Origin: a virus
Lineage: Duplodnaviria > Caudoviricetes
Strand: one strand, 5' to 3'
Length of the DNA stretch: 64,000 bases
Virus record (IMG/VR): IMGVR_UViG_3300037067_006949
Span: 61,427-125,426 of that record
The notes under the pieces were generated by a model, which was given only the letters and a program-made list of their open reading frames with translations, ran no database searches and had not been told where the DNA came from. This document shows, piece after piece, positions 1-9,988 of this stretch. Within the stretch, counting starts at the first letter, position 1. Every line of letters begins with the position of its first letter. Both the position numbers and the translations under genes were made by a program.

Positions 1-2
1 GG

Positions 3-1220
3 ATCGAAACAAATTGGGAATGGCTCGAACTGTTCGACAGGATCATTGTATGGTCTGATTCGGATGAAGCCGGACTTAAAATGCGTAAAGAAGCTTGCTC
101 CAGATTGGGGGTTTGGAGAACTCTTTATGTTGATCCCCCCACAAAAATAACGCTGGATGATGGAGTCGAAAAGAAAGTCAAGGACATCAATGAGGTCTTA
201 TTTTATTGCGGAAAACAAAAGGTTCTTGATCTGATAAATGAAGCCAAAGAGTTGCCAATTGAAGGCGTAAAGGATTTGGCTTCTGTTGAAGATTTTGATA
301 TAGAAAAAGCGCCAGGCTTATATTCTGGACTCAAACCTATTGACGATGTTGTCTATAAATTTCTATTTGGAAATACTATTGTGGTTACTGGCAAAAGAGG
401 TGCGGGAAAATCAACCTTATTGAACCAGTGTTTTATATGTGAACCATTGCAACAAAATTATGACGTATTTATTTTCAGTGGTGAAATGGGTGCTCCAGTT
501 TTAAAAAGTTGGGTAGAGCTTACCATGGCTGGATGCGAAAAAGTTAAGATGAAAGGTGAGTTTATTCATATTATAGACCCAATCGCCAAAAGTCAAATAA
601 AAGAATGGTACACAGGAAGAACGTGGATTTATGATCATCCAAGCAATAAAATAGAAGATGTACTAGAAAAGGCAATAAGCGTAACCAGAAAATATGGCGC
701 AAAAGTGTGGTTGTTAGACAACCTATCAACAATTGATCTCGGAGCCAACGACAACAATATGTTGGAAAAACAAAGAGGGCTTATCGTAGAAGTCAACAGA
801 CTTGCCAAGTTATATGACGTTCTTGTGGTGCTGGTTGTACACCCAAGAAAGCTACCTGCTGGTCAGGAGATAGAAGGAGACGACGTTGCTGGCAGCGGTT
901 CTCTTGGAAACTTGGCGCAATATATGATGTCCGTAAAAAGATTTTCTGACAAAGAAAAGGCTGGAGAAAGAGATGGCAGGGGAAACTTAAAAAAAGGTAA
1001 AGAGCCATTTCAAGAGGATGTTGAGGTAAATATTCTTAAGAATAGATTTACTGGAAGAATAAAGGCAGTTAAATTATTCTTCAACTATAAATCATATAGG
1101 TTCTTTTCGAATGGCGCAGAATTGTTTAAGAGATATAAATGGAATAAAGATACGTCCCCTATGCCAAAAATAGAAGATGAGGACGAAAGGTTTGCAATGC
1201 CGGAAGCTTTTAATGAATAG
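3..1220 (+). CDS. T7-type DNA primase-helicase, 5' end truncated by the window
   Basis: Frame is open from position 3 (IETNWEWLELFDRIIVWSDSDEAG, a TOPRIM DxD segment). Walker A GKRGAGKS; SF4 helicase motifs LLDNL, VVHPRK, ILKNRFTG. Confidence 0.9.
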   Translation: METNWEWLELFDRIIVWSDSDEAGLKMRKEACSRLGVWRTLYVDPPTKITLDDGVEKKVKDINEVLFYCGKQKVLDLINEAKELPIEGVKDLASVEDFDIEKAPGLYSGLKPIDDVVYKFLFGNTIVVTGKRGAGKSTLLNQCFICEPLQQNYDVFIFSGEMGAPVLKSWVELTMAGCEKVKMKGEFIHIIDPIAKSQIKEWYTGRTWIYDHPSNKIEDVLEKAISVTRKYGAKVWLLDNLSTIDLGANDNNMLEKQRGLIVEVNRLAKLYDVLVVLVVHPRKLPAGQEIEGDDVAGSGSLGNLAQYMMSVKRFSDKEKAGERDGRGNLKKGKEPFQEDVEVNILKNRFTGRIKAVKLFFNYKSYRFFSNGAELFKRYKWNKDTSPMPKIEDEDERFAMPEAFNE

Positions 1221-1228
1221 GAGTAAAT

Positions 1229-2011
1229 ATGGACGAATTTTATAAGATGGTTACTGACAACATGGTGTACTCTTTTTCGTCCGTAAGCAGCTTCAAAACA
1301 TGTCCTCTCATGTTCAAGTTTACGTACATTGATTCTGAAGATCGTAGTAAAAATTGGTATGCGGATTTTGGATTGTTGATGCATGAAGTCCTTGAAAGAT
1401 ATTTCAAAGGAGAATTGGACATTATGGAATTGTCTACCTTCTATGAAGAGAACTATTCTAAATTTGTCACTTCTCCTCCTCCGCCCTATCCGGCAGGAAT
1501 TGCTGTAAGATATTATGAGGACGGTCTGGAATTTTTAAACAACTTTGATTTCAATAAAGACAACTATGATATCATAAGCATAGAAGATAAGATAGAAACA
1601 ACATTTAATGACATAAAACTTGTAGTCAAGCCAGACTTGGTTATGCGAGAAAAATCTACGGGAAATGTGATACTGTTTGATTACAAAACATCTAATCCGT
1701 TCAAAGATAATAGACCCGACAAAAAGAAAATAAAAGACTACGTTAATCAAACATACTTATATTCTTATTTTATAAATCATACCAAGGATATAAAGATAAG
1801 CAAAATAAAACTATGGTTTGTAAGGATCAATAAGTGGTATGAATTCGATTACAATGAAGAAGAAGCCGGAAACGTTGTAAACTGGTTCTATGATGGAATC
1901 TTAAATATAAGATTTGAAGAAAACTTTGATCATTGTGATGTAGAAAAAAACAAGTTCTTTTGTAGTCAATTATGTTCGTGTAAAAACTATTGTGATTATT
2001 GGATAAAATAA
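1229..2011 (+). CDS. Cas4/AddB-like PD-(D/E)XK exonuclease
   Basis: YSFSSVSSFKTCP N-terminus, KPDLV...FDYKT nuclease motif, C-terminal Cys cluster CSQLCSCKNYC (probable Fe-S). Confidence 0.8.
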   Translation: MDEFYKMVTDNMVYSFSSVSSFKTCPLMFKFTYIDSEDRSKNWYADFGLLMHEVLERYFKGELDIMELSTFYEENYSKFVTSPPPPYPAGIAVRYYEDGLEFLNNFDFNKDNYDIISIEDKIETTFNDIKLVVKPDLVMREKSTGNVILFDYKTSNPFKDNRPDKKKIKDYVNQTYLYSYFINHTKDIKISKIKLWFVRINKWYEFDYNEEEAGNVVNWFYDGILNIRFEENFDHCDVEKNKFFCSQLCSCKNYCDYWIK

Positions 2012-2676
2012 TGTATTACTTTAATGATTTGACTGGTCAACGCTTTGGAAAATTATTGGTCATAGAAAGATGTGAGAATAAGCAATATAAAAATGAAAGA
2101 AGCGCCACTCAATGGACTTGCATTTGTGACTGCAATATTGAAAAATTTATTAAAATTACATCCAATGAATTCAGAAGAGGAAGGACAGATTGTGGATGCG
2201 AAAAGAAAATGCAAAGGAAGTGCTATTATGTTCATGGAATGTATAAATCTAGATTGTATAGAATTTTTTATTTGATGCTTCAAAGATGTAACAATAAAAA
2301 AACAAAATCTTATAAAGATTATGGAGAAAGAGGAATTAAGGTATGCGATGAATGGTCTAAAAAAGATGGCTTTATGGAGTTTTATAATTGGTCTATAGGT
2401 AATGGATATTCAGAAAATTTAACGATTGACAGAGTTGACAATGACATGGGATATTCTCCAAATAATTGTAGATGGATTACGAAAGGAGAACAACAGCTAA
2501 ACAAAAGAAACTCAATCACTATTGAATATAAAGGTATGAAAAAAACCATAAAAGAATGGGCAAAAATATACGACCTAAATGTAAATGCTCTATATAGAAG
2601 ATACGTATACATTGGATTAATGGGAAGCGATTTATTTTTACCATCTAGAAATAAAACTAATAAATCGTGCCCTTGA
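2011..2676 (+). CDS. HNH-type free-standing homing endonuclease
   Basis: DLTGQRFGKLLVI..WTCICDC N-terminus and YKDYGERGIKVCDEW...LTIDRVDNDMGYSPNNCRW. ATG at 2011 overlaps the upstream TAA. Confidence 0.8.
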   Translation: MYYFNDLTGQRFGKLLVIERCENKQYKNERSATQWTCICDCNIEKFIKITSNEFRRGRTDCGCEKKMQRKCYYVHGMYKSRLYRIFYLMLQRCNNKKTKSYKDYGERGIKVCDEWSKKDGFMEFYNWSIGNGYSENLTIDRVDNDMGYSPNNCRWITKGEQQLNKRNSITIEYKGMKKTIKEWAKIYDLNVNALYRRYVYIGLMGSDLFLPSRNKTNKSCP

Positions 2677-2730
2677 CAAAGTAAACAAATTGTGGTAAAA
2701 TTGTGCTATCCAAAGTTAGATAGCACAATT
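2673..2730 (+). promoter_or_regulatory. Sigma70-type promoter with overlapping 12-bp inverted repeat upstream of dnaE
   Basis: TTGACA (2673-2678), 17 nt spacer ending TGTGG, TAAAAT (2696-2701). Inverted repeat AATTGTGCTATC/GATAGCACAATT (2699-2730) covers the expected start site. Confidence 0.75.
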
Positions 2731-2749
2731 TAATATTAGGAGAAATTAG

Positions 2750-5700
2750 ATGAATAATTATACAATATATCACCTGCATTCAGACTTTTCATTATTAGAC
2801 TCGGCTACAAAATATGACGATTATATTTACAAGGCTAAAGAATCTGGAATGCTTTCTATTGGATTCTCTGAACATTCTTCGGTTTTTAATTGGATCAAAA
2901 AGAAACAAAAATGTGACGAAAATGAAATCAAATATATCCATGGTCAAGAATTTTATATAACCCTTAGCCTAGAAGAAAGGGTAAGGGATAATTGGCATTG
3001 TATCCTTATTGCAAAAAATTTAGATGGCATTAAGGAACTCAACAGGTTATCCAGCATCGGGTATAATCGAGACGGTCATTACTATTATGATCCTAGAATA
3101 TCGCTACAAGAACTCATAACAACGAGTAATAACATCATAGTTACCTCTGCCTGTTTGGGAGGAATCTTAAACTCTGGCAACGAAAATGTCGAAAAGGTAT
3201 TTTTGGATTTCATGATCGACAATAAGGATAGATGCTTCTTAGAGGTTCAACATCACAATAATGAAGAACAATTCGCCTATAATAAAAAGCTGTTAGATTT
3301 AAGCAATCATTATGGTCTGAGACTTATTGCCGGAACTGATACACACAGCCTTGATAAAAAGCATGAAAAGCTTCGCACAATTCTACAAAAATCCAAGAAC
3401 ATAAATTTCCCCAACGAAGAAAGTTGGGATTTGGTATTCAAAACATATGACGAGCTTGTAGAATCTTACGCCGTTCAAAATTCATTACCAAAAAATGTTT
3501 ATATGGAAGCCATCGAAAATACTAATGTAATGGCAGATATGGTAGAACATTTTGATCTAAGTCTTGAATATAAGTATCCAAAAATATATGAGAATTCAGA
3601 TGAGATATTTAAAGAAAAAGTTTATGAAGGATTGAAGAACAAGGGTCTTGGCGATAATAAAGATTACATAAAGAGAATTGAATACGAAACAAAAGCAATT
3701 GCAAAAAATGGTGCAATTGATTATTTGCTACTTCAAGAAAAAATTACGTCGTGGTGTAGAAATAACGATATTATGCCAGGATATTCTAGAGGTTCTGTTT
3801 CTGGATGTTTATGCGCATATCTTCTCGGAATCACGGATATTGATTCTCTCAAGTTTAACATGAACTTTGAAAGATTTATGAATGCAGAAAGAGTCAGTCT
3901 TAGCGATATTGATATTGACTATCCGCCCGACAAAAGAGAACAAGTAAAAGAATATATTTTCAACAATCTAGGATTAAATTGCTGTGATATTGTTGCATTT
4001 AATACGGTTGCAGAAAAAGGTTCAATTAGAGATGTTGGAAGAGCATTAGAAATTCCCCTTTCAGAGATCAATGAAATTTCAAAGAATGTAGGATCGTGGG
4101 GCGGAGAAGAAGATAAGAGAAAATATCCAGAACTTTTTGAGCTTTCCGGTCAATTAGAGGGAGTGATTACTTCATCTGGAGTTCATCCGTGTGGCGTGGT
4201 AACATCAACGCTTGATCTTGAAGAAGAGCTTGGTACATTTACAACGTCTACCGACATTAGAAGAATATCACAAGTTGATATGAAAGGTATCGACAGCGTG
4301 AATTTTGTCAAGCTCGACATTCTCGGACTAGACAACATTCAGATTATAAATGACACATGTAGGCTTGCTGGAATTGAAAGATTAAATCCAGACAATGTTA
4401 ACTTTGAAGATGAAAAGGTATGGGATGACATTATGGGCAACAGCATTGGCGTTTTCCAATGGGAATCTGATTTCGCCCACCAGACTTATAAGAAACTGTT
4501 CAGTAAAGAAACGTTAAAAAAGATAGAAGAGAAGACAGGCAAGATTGATCGTTTGGCTCTTCTATCCATGGCAAATGGCGCAATCCGTCCTGCTGGAGAG
4601 TCCTACAGAGATGCCATGTGCGAAGGAGAGTTCAAAGATAATGGGCACGAAGCATTGAACGAAATGCTTAAATCAACCATGGGTTACTTAGTATATCAGG
4701 AAGACATCTTAAGATTTCTTCATGAATTCTGCGGTTATTCCATGGGAAAGGCGGACGTTGTTCGCCGTGGTTTCGCCAAAAAAGTAGGAACAGAAAAGTT
4801 TATTCCACATATTAAGTCCGGCTTTATTAAGACGATGAAGGAAAAATACGGTACACCAGAGGAAGAATCTGAAGAAATCGTTGAATCATTCCTTACGGTT
4901 ATTGAAGACGCAAGCCTATATTTGTTCAGCCTAAACCACTCTTATCCGTATAGCATGATTGGATATGTATGCGCATACTTGAGATATTATTATAAGCTAG
5001 AATTTGTTACAACTATGTTGAATATCAATAAAGACAACATAGAGAAGAGCGCAACGATAATTGATTATGCGAAAGAGAACAAAATATTAATCAAGTCTCC
5101 TAAGTTCAGATTTTCTAGGTCTTCTTACTTTTTTGATAGAGAAACCAATTCAATATACAAGGATTTGTCGTCCATAAAATATCTGAATAGCGAATGCGGA
5201 GAACAGCTTTATGAAGCAGGGAAATTAAAATTCGAAAGCTTTGTTGACCTTCTTGTGTATATAGAAGAGAATTTGAAGGTAAATTCAAGGCAATTGGAAA
5301 CGTTAATCAAAATAAAATTCTTTGACGAATTCGGTGGGAATAAAAAACTTCTAGATGTTTACAAGGAATTCTCATCTGGAAAAAATAAATATACGAATAA
5401 GTTAAAGGAAGAGACCAAAGCTAAAAGACTAGAGCACATCAAAGAGTTTGAAAAAGAAACGCCAAATGAATTCATGAATGTTCTGGATCAAATATACTTT
5501 GAACAAGACTCCCTTGGTTACATACAAGCAACTTATGATGGCATAGATAAAAGATTGATTTTCGTAGGGTCTCTGGACACAAAATATGCCCCAAGAATAG
5601 AGGCATACTGTTTGGCTAATGGCAAAATATCATCTTTGAAACTGTACAGGAAAACATATGATTCCAATCCATTTGGCGGAGGCGAAATACTTTTTTGCAA

Positions 5701-5842
5701 ATCTTTTGAGAAAAAGAGACCAATAAAATTTGTAGATGGGAAATATGTAGAAGATGCAAATGGAGAATTCCAATGGTGGCTTACCAACTATGACATAATT
5801 TCTCCAGAAAAATTTAACAAGATATTGAAGGGAGAGAAATGA
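2750..5842 (+). CDS. dnaE: DNA polymerase III alpha subunit (phage C-family)
   Basis: PHP domain HLHSDFSLLD; RGSVSG; FERFMNAERVSLSDIDID; KLDILGL; AGGAG RBS. Confidence 0.95.
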   Translation: MNNYTIYHLHSDFSLLDSATKYDDYIYKAKESGMLSIGFSEHSSVFNWIKKKQKCDENEIKYIHGQEFYITLSLEERVRDNWHCILIAKNLDGIKELNRLSSIGYNRDGHYYYDPRISLQELITTSNNIIVTSACLGGILNSGNENVEKVFLDFMIDNKDRCFLEVQHHNNEEQFAYNKKLLDLSNHYGLRLIAGTDTHSLDKKHEKLRTILQKSKNINFPNEESWDLVFKTYDELVESYAVQNSLPKNVYMEAIENTNVMADMVEHFDLSLEYKYPKIYENSDEIFKEKVYEGLKNKGLGDNKDYIKRIEYETKAIAKNGAIDYLLLQEKITSWCRNNDIMPGYSRGSVSGCLCAYLLGITDIDSLKFNMNFERFMNAERVSLSDIDIDYPPDKREQVKEYIFNNLGLNCCDIVAFNTVAEKGSIRDVGRALEIPLSEINEISKNVGSWGGEEDKRKYPELFELSGQLEGVITSSGVHPCGVVTSTLDLEEELGTFTTSTDIRRISQVDMKGIDSVNFVKLDILGLDNIQIINDTCRLAGIERLNPDNVNFEDEKVWDDIMGNSIGVFQWESDFAHQTYKKLFSKETLKKIEEKTGKIDRLALLSMANGAIRPAGESYRDAMCEGEFKDNGHEALNEMLKSTMGYLVYQEDILRFLHEFCGYSMGKADVVRRGFAKKVGTEKFIPHIKSGFIKTMKEKYGTPEEESEEIVESFLTVIEDASLYLFSLNHSYPYSMIGYVCAYLRYYYKLEFVTTMLNINKDNIEKSATIIDYAKENKILIKSPKFRFSRSSYFFDRETNSIYKDLSSIKYLNSECGEQLYEAGKLKFESFVDLLVYIEENLKVNSRQLETLIKIKFFDEFGGNKKLLDVYKEFSSGKNKYTNKLKEETKAKRLEHIKEFEKETPNEFMNVLDQIYFEQDSLGYIQATYDGIDKRLIFVGSLDTKYAPRIEAYCLANGKISSLKLYRKTYDSNPFGGGEILFCKSFEKKRPIKFVDGKYVEDANGEFQWWLTNYDIISPEKFNKILKGEK

Positions 5843-6387
5843 AGGTTATTGACACAGAATTGCCAGAGGTAAAAATCCTTGAGCCAGAACCATTTATTGA
5901 TCACAGAGGATTTTTTATGAAAATTTTCAACGAAAAGTTTTTTGAAGAATATATCGCTCCGCTCAAATTTGTTGAAGAAGATCATTCTGGTTCATATCAC
6001 AATGTTCTTCGTGGATTGCATTATCAGATAAACAATCCACAAGGAAAATTGATAACCATTACAAGCGGAGAAATATTTGATGTTGCAGTAGACCTCCGAA
6101 AATCGTCTCCAAATTTTAAAAAATGGGTAAGTGTAGTTCTGTCTGATAAAAACAAAAGAGAAATTTGGATTCCACCTGGTTTTGCTCATGGATTTTATAC
6201 ATTAACACCATGGGCAGAGATTGTATATAGAACAACGGAATTTTATACGCCACAAAACGATAGAACGTTGTTGTGGAATGATCCAGAGGTAAACGTAAAG
6301 TGGCCCTTAATAAAAGACATTTTACCAGTATTATCCACAAAAGATGGCAATGGGAAGTTACTCAAAGACGCAGATTGTTTTGATTAG
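5839..6387 (+). CDS. rmlC: RmlC-family NDP-4-keto-6-deoxyhexose epimerase
   Basis: DHRGFF, NVLRGLHYQ, QGKL, IFDVAVDLRKSSP, IPPGFAHGF. Confidence 0.92.
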   Translation: MKVIDTELPEVKILEPEPFIDHRGFFMKIFNEKFFEEYIAPLKFVEEDHSGSYHNVLRGLHYQINNPQGKLITITSGEIFDVAVDLRKSSPNFKKWVSVVLSDKNKREIWIPPGFAHGFYTLTPWAEIVYRTTEFYTPQNDRTLLWNDPEVNVKWPLIKDILPVLSTKDGNGKLLKDADCFD

Positions 6388-6399
6388 GAGACATAACAT

Positions 6400-7113
6400 A
6401 TGACAAAAGTAATTCTATTGGCTGGAGGGAAAGGTTCTAGATTGAATGATCCAGCCCCGAAGCCATTAGTAAAAATTGGCGGAATACCACTGATCCAACA
6501 CGTAATGAACACCTATAATTACTTTGGATATAATGAATTTATTTTACTTACGGGTTATAGACATGAAGAATTTGAAAAATATTTCTACAATATCAATTTG
6601 CAATATTCCGTAAAACTTTTAGACACAGGCGAAAACACTGACACCGGAGAAAGAATTAGAAAGGCAAGAAGGTTTGTTGATGGCGAAATTTTTTGTTTGA
6701 GCTATGGAGATGGGTTAAGTGATGTTCATTTATCAGAAGTAGAACATGCATTTCGTTTGAATCGTATTAACGCAGATTTATTGATTACAACAGTTCATCC
6801 TCCAGAAAGATATGGTCTTATATCCCTTGAGAATAAGAATGATAGAGTTTCTAGGGTAATAGAATTTGACGAAAAACCAAAAAGAACAGATTGGATAAAT
6901 GGCGGATTTATGGTTTGTGGTAGCAATATATTTAATTATATTGAAGAGGGCGACGTTTTTGAACAACATAGTATACCTAGAATTGTCAAGGCACAAAGAC
7001 TTTTTGCATATAAACATGACGGAAGTTGGGGAAGCGTGGACACACAAAAAGATTTGAACACCCTTACAAGTTTATGGAATGAAGGTAAAGCATTTTGGAG
7101 GTCGAATGAGTAG
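6400..7113 (+). CDS. rfbF: Glucose-1-phosphate cytidylyltransferase
   Basis: LAGGKGSRL, PKPLVKIGG, DTGENTDTGER, YGDGLSDV, WINGGF; C-terminal LWNEGKAFW typical of RfbF. Confidence 0.88.
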   Translation: MTKVILLAGGKGSRLNDPAPKPLVKIGGIPLIQHVMNTYNYFGYNEFILLTGYRHEEFEKYFYNINLQYSVKLLDTGENTDTGERIRKARRFVDGEIFCLSYGDGLSDVHLSEVEHAFRLNRINADLLITTVHPPERYGLISLENKNDRVSRVIEFDEKPKRTDWINGGFMVCGSNIFNYIEEGDVFEQHSIPRIVKAQRLFAYKHDGSWGSVDTQKDLNTLTSLWNEGKAFWRSNE

Positions 7114-8035
7114 AGTTCTGGTTACAGGTGCATTCGGATTCGTTGGTCAATGGTTGGTAAAAGAATTACTAAAACAAGGAAACGAAGTAACTGTTGTGGC
7201 TCACGAAAACACGATGCCATTTCATGGTTGGGTTTCAAGAGATGTCAATGTGGAAAAAGGAGACATTAGGAGCTATAGCTTCTTGAAGAGAACCTTCGAC
7301 CAGAGCAAGCCCGATCTTGTTTTTCATTTGGCAGCACAAGCACTCGTAGAAGAAGCCCTAAAATCTCCATACGTTACAATGAAAACAAATGTAGGAGGAA
7401 CAACTAATCTTTTGGAATGTGCAAGAAATTATGGAAAATCAGATAGAATTGTAGTAGCCTCCAGCGATAAGGCATATGGAAATGAAAAATCTCCATATGA
7501 TGAAAATACATCGTTGAACGGAAGATTCCCGTATGATTGCTCAAAATCTTGCACCGATTTGATATCTCAATCTTACAGAGATACCTATGGTATGCCAATT
7601 TCAATCATGCGTTGTGGGAATATCTTTGGTGGAGGGGATTTCAATTGGAGCAGAGTTTTTCCAGAATCAATAAAATCGTGTTATGATCATAGGGCAATGA
7701 TTATCCGTAGTGATGGAAAATCTATGTTAAGAGACTACATCTATATAGAAGATGTTATTTCTGCATATCTATTTATATCTGGTCTTGATCATAATGAGGT
7801 TGCCAATGTTTCATACGGCAAAGCAAGAAGTGTGCTAGACATTTTACATACTGTTCAAGAAGAAACTGGTGTTTATTATGATCCACAAATAAAGAATACC
7901 GCAAAATGCGAAATCAACGTTCAATGTCTCAACGGAGACCACATCAAATCTTTGGGATGGAGTCCACAATATAATTTCGATGGAGGAGTAAAAGAAACCG
8001 TAGAGTGGTATTACGGTTACTTCGAGTCAATATGA
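7106..8035 (+). CDS. rfbG: CDP-glucose 4,6-dehydratase (extended SDR)
   Basis: VLVTGAFGFVG, FHLAAQALV, SSDKAYG, PYDCSK, RCGNIFGGGD; lies between rfbF and rfbH. Confidence 0.82.
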   Translation: MSRVLVTGAFGFVGQWLVKELLKQGNEVTVVAHENTMPFHGWVSRDVNVEKGDIRSYSFLKRTFDQSKPDLVFHLAAQALVEEALKSPYVTMKTNVGGTTNLLECARNYGKSDRIVVASSDKAYGNEKSPYDENTSLNGRFPYDCSKSCTDLISQSYRDTYGMPISIMRCGNIFGGGDFNWSRVFPESIKSCYDHRAMIIRSDGKSMLRDYIYIEDVISAYLFISGLDHNEVANVSYGKARSVLDILHTVQEETGVYYDPQIKNTAKCEINVQCLNGDHIKSLGWSPQYNFDGGVKETVEWYYGYFESI

Positions 8036-9303
8036 TAAAAAATACTTTACCAGATTTAATACCAGGTCGAGATTATTTGCCAGCGTCTAAAAAGTTAATT
8101 ACTAGAGAAGATATGTTGACCGTGATGGATTCCGTTATGGATATGAATTTTACAGAAGGAAGGTACAATTCATATTTTCAAGAATTATTGGCGAAAGTTT
8201 GCAACAGGAAATATGCGGTTACTTGCAATTCAGGTTCTTCTGCAAACTGGTTAGCAATTACGTCACTAAGAAAAGTTTATAGTTATATAAAAGACGGAGA
8301 TGAGATTATAACTGTTGCGTGTGCATTTCCCACAACAGTAAATCCTATTTTGCAGAATAATTTAGTTCCCGTTTTTGTAGATATGGATTATGAATCCCTT
8401 AATATTGACGTTGATTTGATTGAAAGCGCAATAACCAATAAAACAAGGGCAATAATGATTGCGCATACGCTTGGCAATCCAGTTGATATTCGCGTAATTG
8501 AGTCTATTTGCGCGAAATACAATTTACATCTTATATTTGATTGCTGTGATTCCTTGGGTGGATTTTATGATGGTAAACCCATCGGAAGCTTCGGAGAAAT
8601 GGCAACATTCAGTTTTTATCCTGCCCACCAAATAACGGCAGGGGAGGCTGGAGCGGTAGTCACAAATGATCCTAAGCTGAACTTAATGCTCAATAGCCTA
8701 AAGTCATGGGGAAAAAATTGCTTTTGCCAAACCGGAGAAGATAATGCATGTGGTCATAGATTTGATAAACAATATGGCGATCTTCCATTAGGATACGATC
8801 ACAAATATGTTTATTCAGAAATTGGCATGAACCTAAAGATAACCGACATGCAAGCTGCTCTTGGATTTAGTCAATTAAAAAAACTTGAAGATTTCAAAGT
8901 TGCCAGACAAAGTAATTATAATGTTCTCGCAGAAAAAATGAAAGAATTAGATTTATTTTTTGTTCAAACTAAAACACTTGAGAAGTCAGACCCGTCATGG
9001 TTTGGCTATCCTTTGATTTTCAGATCAGACAATAATGCGACAAATAAGTTAATAAATTATCTAGAGAAATATTGTAGAATCGGTACAAGAAGATTGTTTG
9101 CTGGAAATCTATTGAGGCATCCGGCTTATAAAAAACTTCCACAAGACGCTTATCGAGTTGTTGGCGAACTTAAAAATACAGATAGAATTATGAACAACGT
9201 ATTTTGGGTCGGAGTTCATCCAAGCTTGAACAAAGACTGTATGGATTATATATTTACCTCTATTTACAATTTCTATATCTTAGGATACAATGGGCGAGAA
9301 TAA
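8032..9303 (+). CDS. rfbH: CDP-4-keto-6-deoxyglucose 3-dehydrase E1 (RfbH/DdhC)
   Basis: NSGSSAN; SFYPAHQIT with His instead of the aminotransferase Lys; Fe-S motif CFCQTGEDNAC; LPLGYDHKY; TRRLFAGN. Confidence 0.92.
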   Translation: MIKNTLPDLIPGRDYLPASKKLITREDMLTVMDSVMDMNFTEGRYNSYFQELLAKVCNRKYAVTCNSGSSANWLAITSLRKVYSYIKDGDEIITVACAFPTTVNPILQNNLVPVFVDMDYESLNIDVDLIESAITNKTRAIMIAHTLGNPVDIRVIESICAKYNLHLIFDCCDSLGGFYDGKPIGSFGEMATFSFYPAHQITAGEAGAVVTNDPKLNLMLNSLKSWGKNCFCQTGEDNACGHRFDKQYGDLPLGYDHKYVYSEIGMNLKITDMQAALGFSQLKKLEDFKVARQSNYNVLAEKMKELDLFFVQTKTLEKSDPSWFGYPLIFRSDNNATNKLINYLEKYCRIGTRRLFAGNLLRHPAYKKLPQDAYRVVGELKNTDRIMNNVFWVGVHPSLNKDCMDYIFTSIYNFYILGYNGRE

Positions 9304-9988
9304 CGTACTGGTATTGGGCGATGGTCTTTTAGGCTCTGAACTAATCAGACAAACGGGTTGGAATTATTTGAGCAGAAGAAAGGACGGGATAAATTTTAAC
9401 AATCTGGAAACATACTTCAAGTTTACGTATGGATATGATACAATTATAAATTGCATAGCCTATACGGAAGTAAATTCGAATGAGAAAAAAGAACACATTC
9501 TTACCAATTTCAAATCTGTAGTAACCCTAGCGAATTATTGTAATCAAGTAGACAAAAAATTAGTTCATATAAGTACAGATTACGTCTATTCAAATTCAAA
9601 ACCTGATGCGTCTGAAGAAGATATTCCATCAAATTGTACTAACTGGTATACATATAGCAAAATCCTAAGTGATGGTTATATAGAGGCATTCTCGCAAAAA
9701 TACCTACTGATCAGAACGTCTTTCAAGCCACGCCCATACCCACATCCAAAAGCAACAATTCAAGTTGGTAACTTCGGGTATGTGGATGAAATAGCATCTC
9801 TTATCATAAAGCTTGTGAGAGGAAACGCCAATGGAGTATTCAATGTAGGTCTTGAAAAATCGACTATGTTTGACTTTGCATCCAGAACAAGAGAAGTAAC
9901 GATGCATGAAAAAAATCCTGTAGAATCTATGCCAGTAGATATTAGCATGAACATTACAAAGATGAAGGAGTTTTTAGATGAAGATTAG
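9290..9988 (+). CDS. RmlD-like NDP-4-keto-sugar reductase
   Basis: VLGDGLLG, INCIAYT, HISTDYVY, YTYSK (YxxxK), LIRTSF. Confidence 0.82.
   Translation: MGENNVLVLGDGLLGSELIRQTGWNYLSRRKDGINFNNLETYFKFTYGYDTIINCIAYTEVNSNEKKEHILTNFKSVVTLANYCNQVDKKLVHISTDYVYSNSKPDASEEDIPSNCTNWYTYSKILSDGYIEAFSQKYLLIRTSFKPRPYPHPKATIQVGNFGYVDEIASLIIKLVRGNANGVFNVGLEKSTMFDFASRTREVTMHEKNPVESMPVDISMNITKMKEFLDED

Noticed and set aside
1229-2011. Cas4-like gene as part of a CRISPR-Cas system
   Set aside because: No repeat-spacer array or other cas genes seen; its position next to the primase-helicase fits a phage replication/recombination exonuclease.
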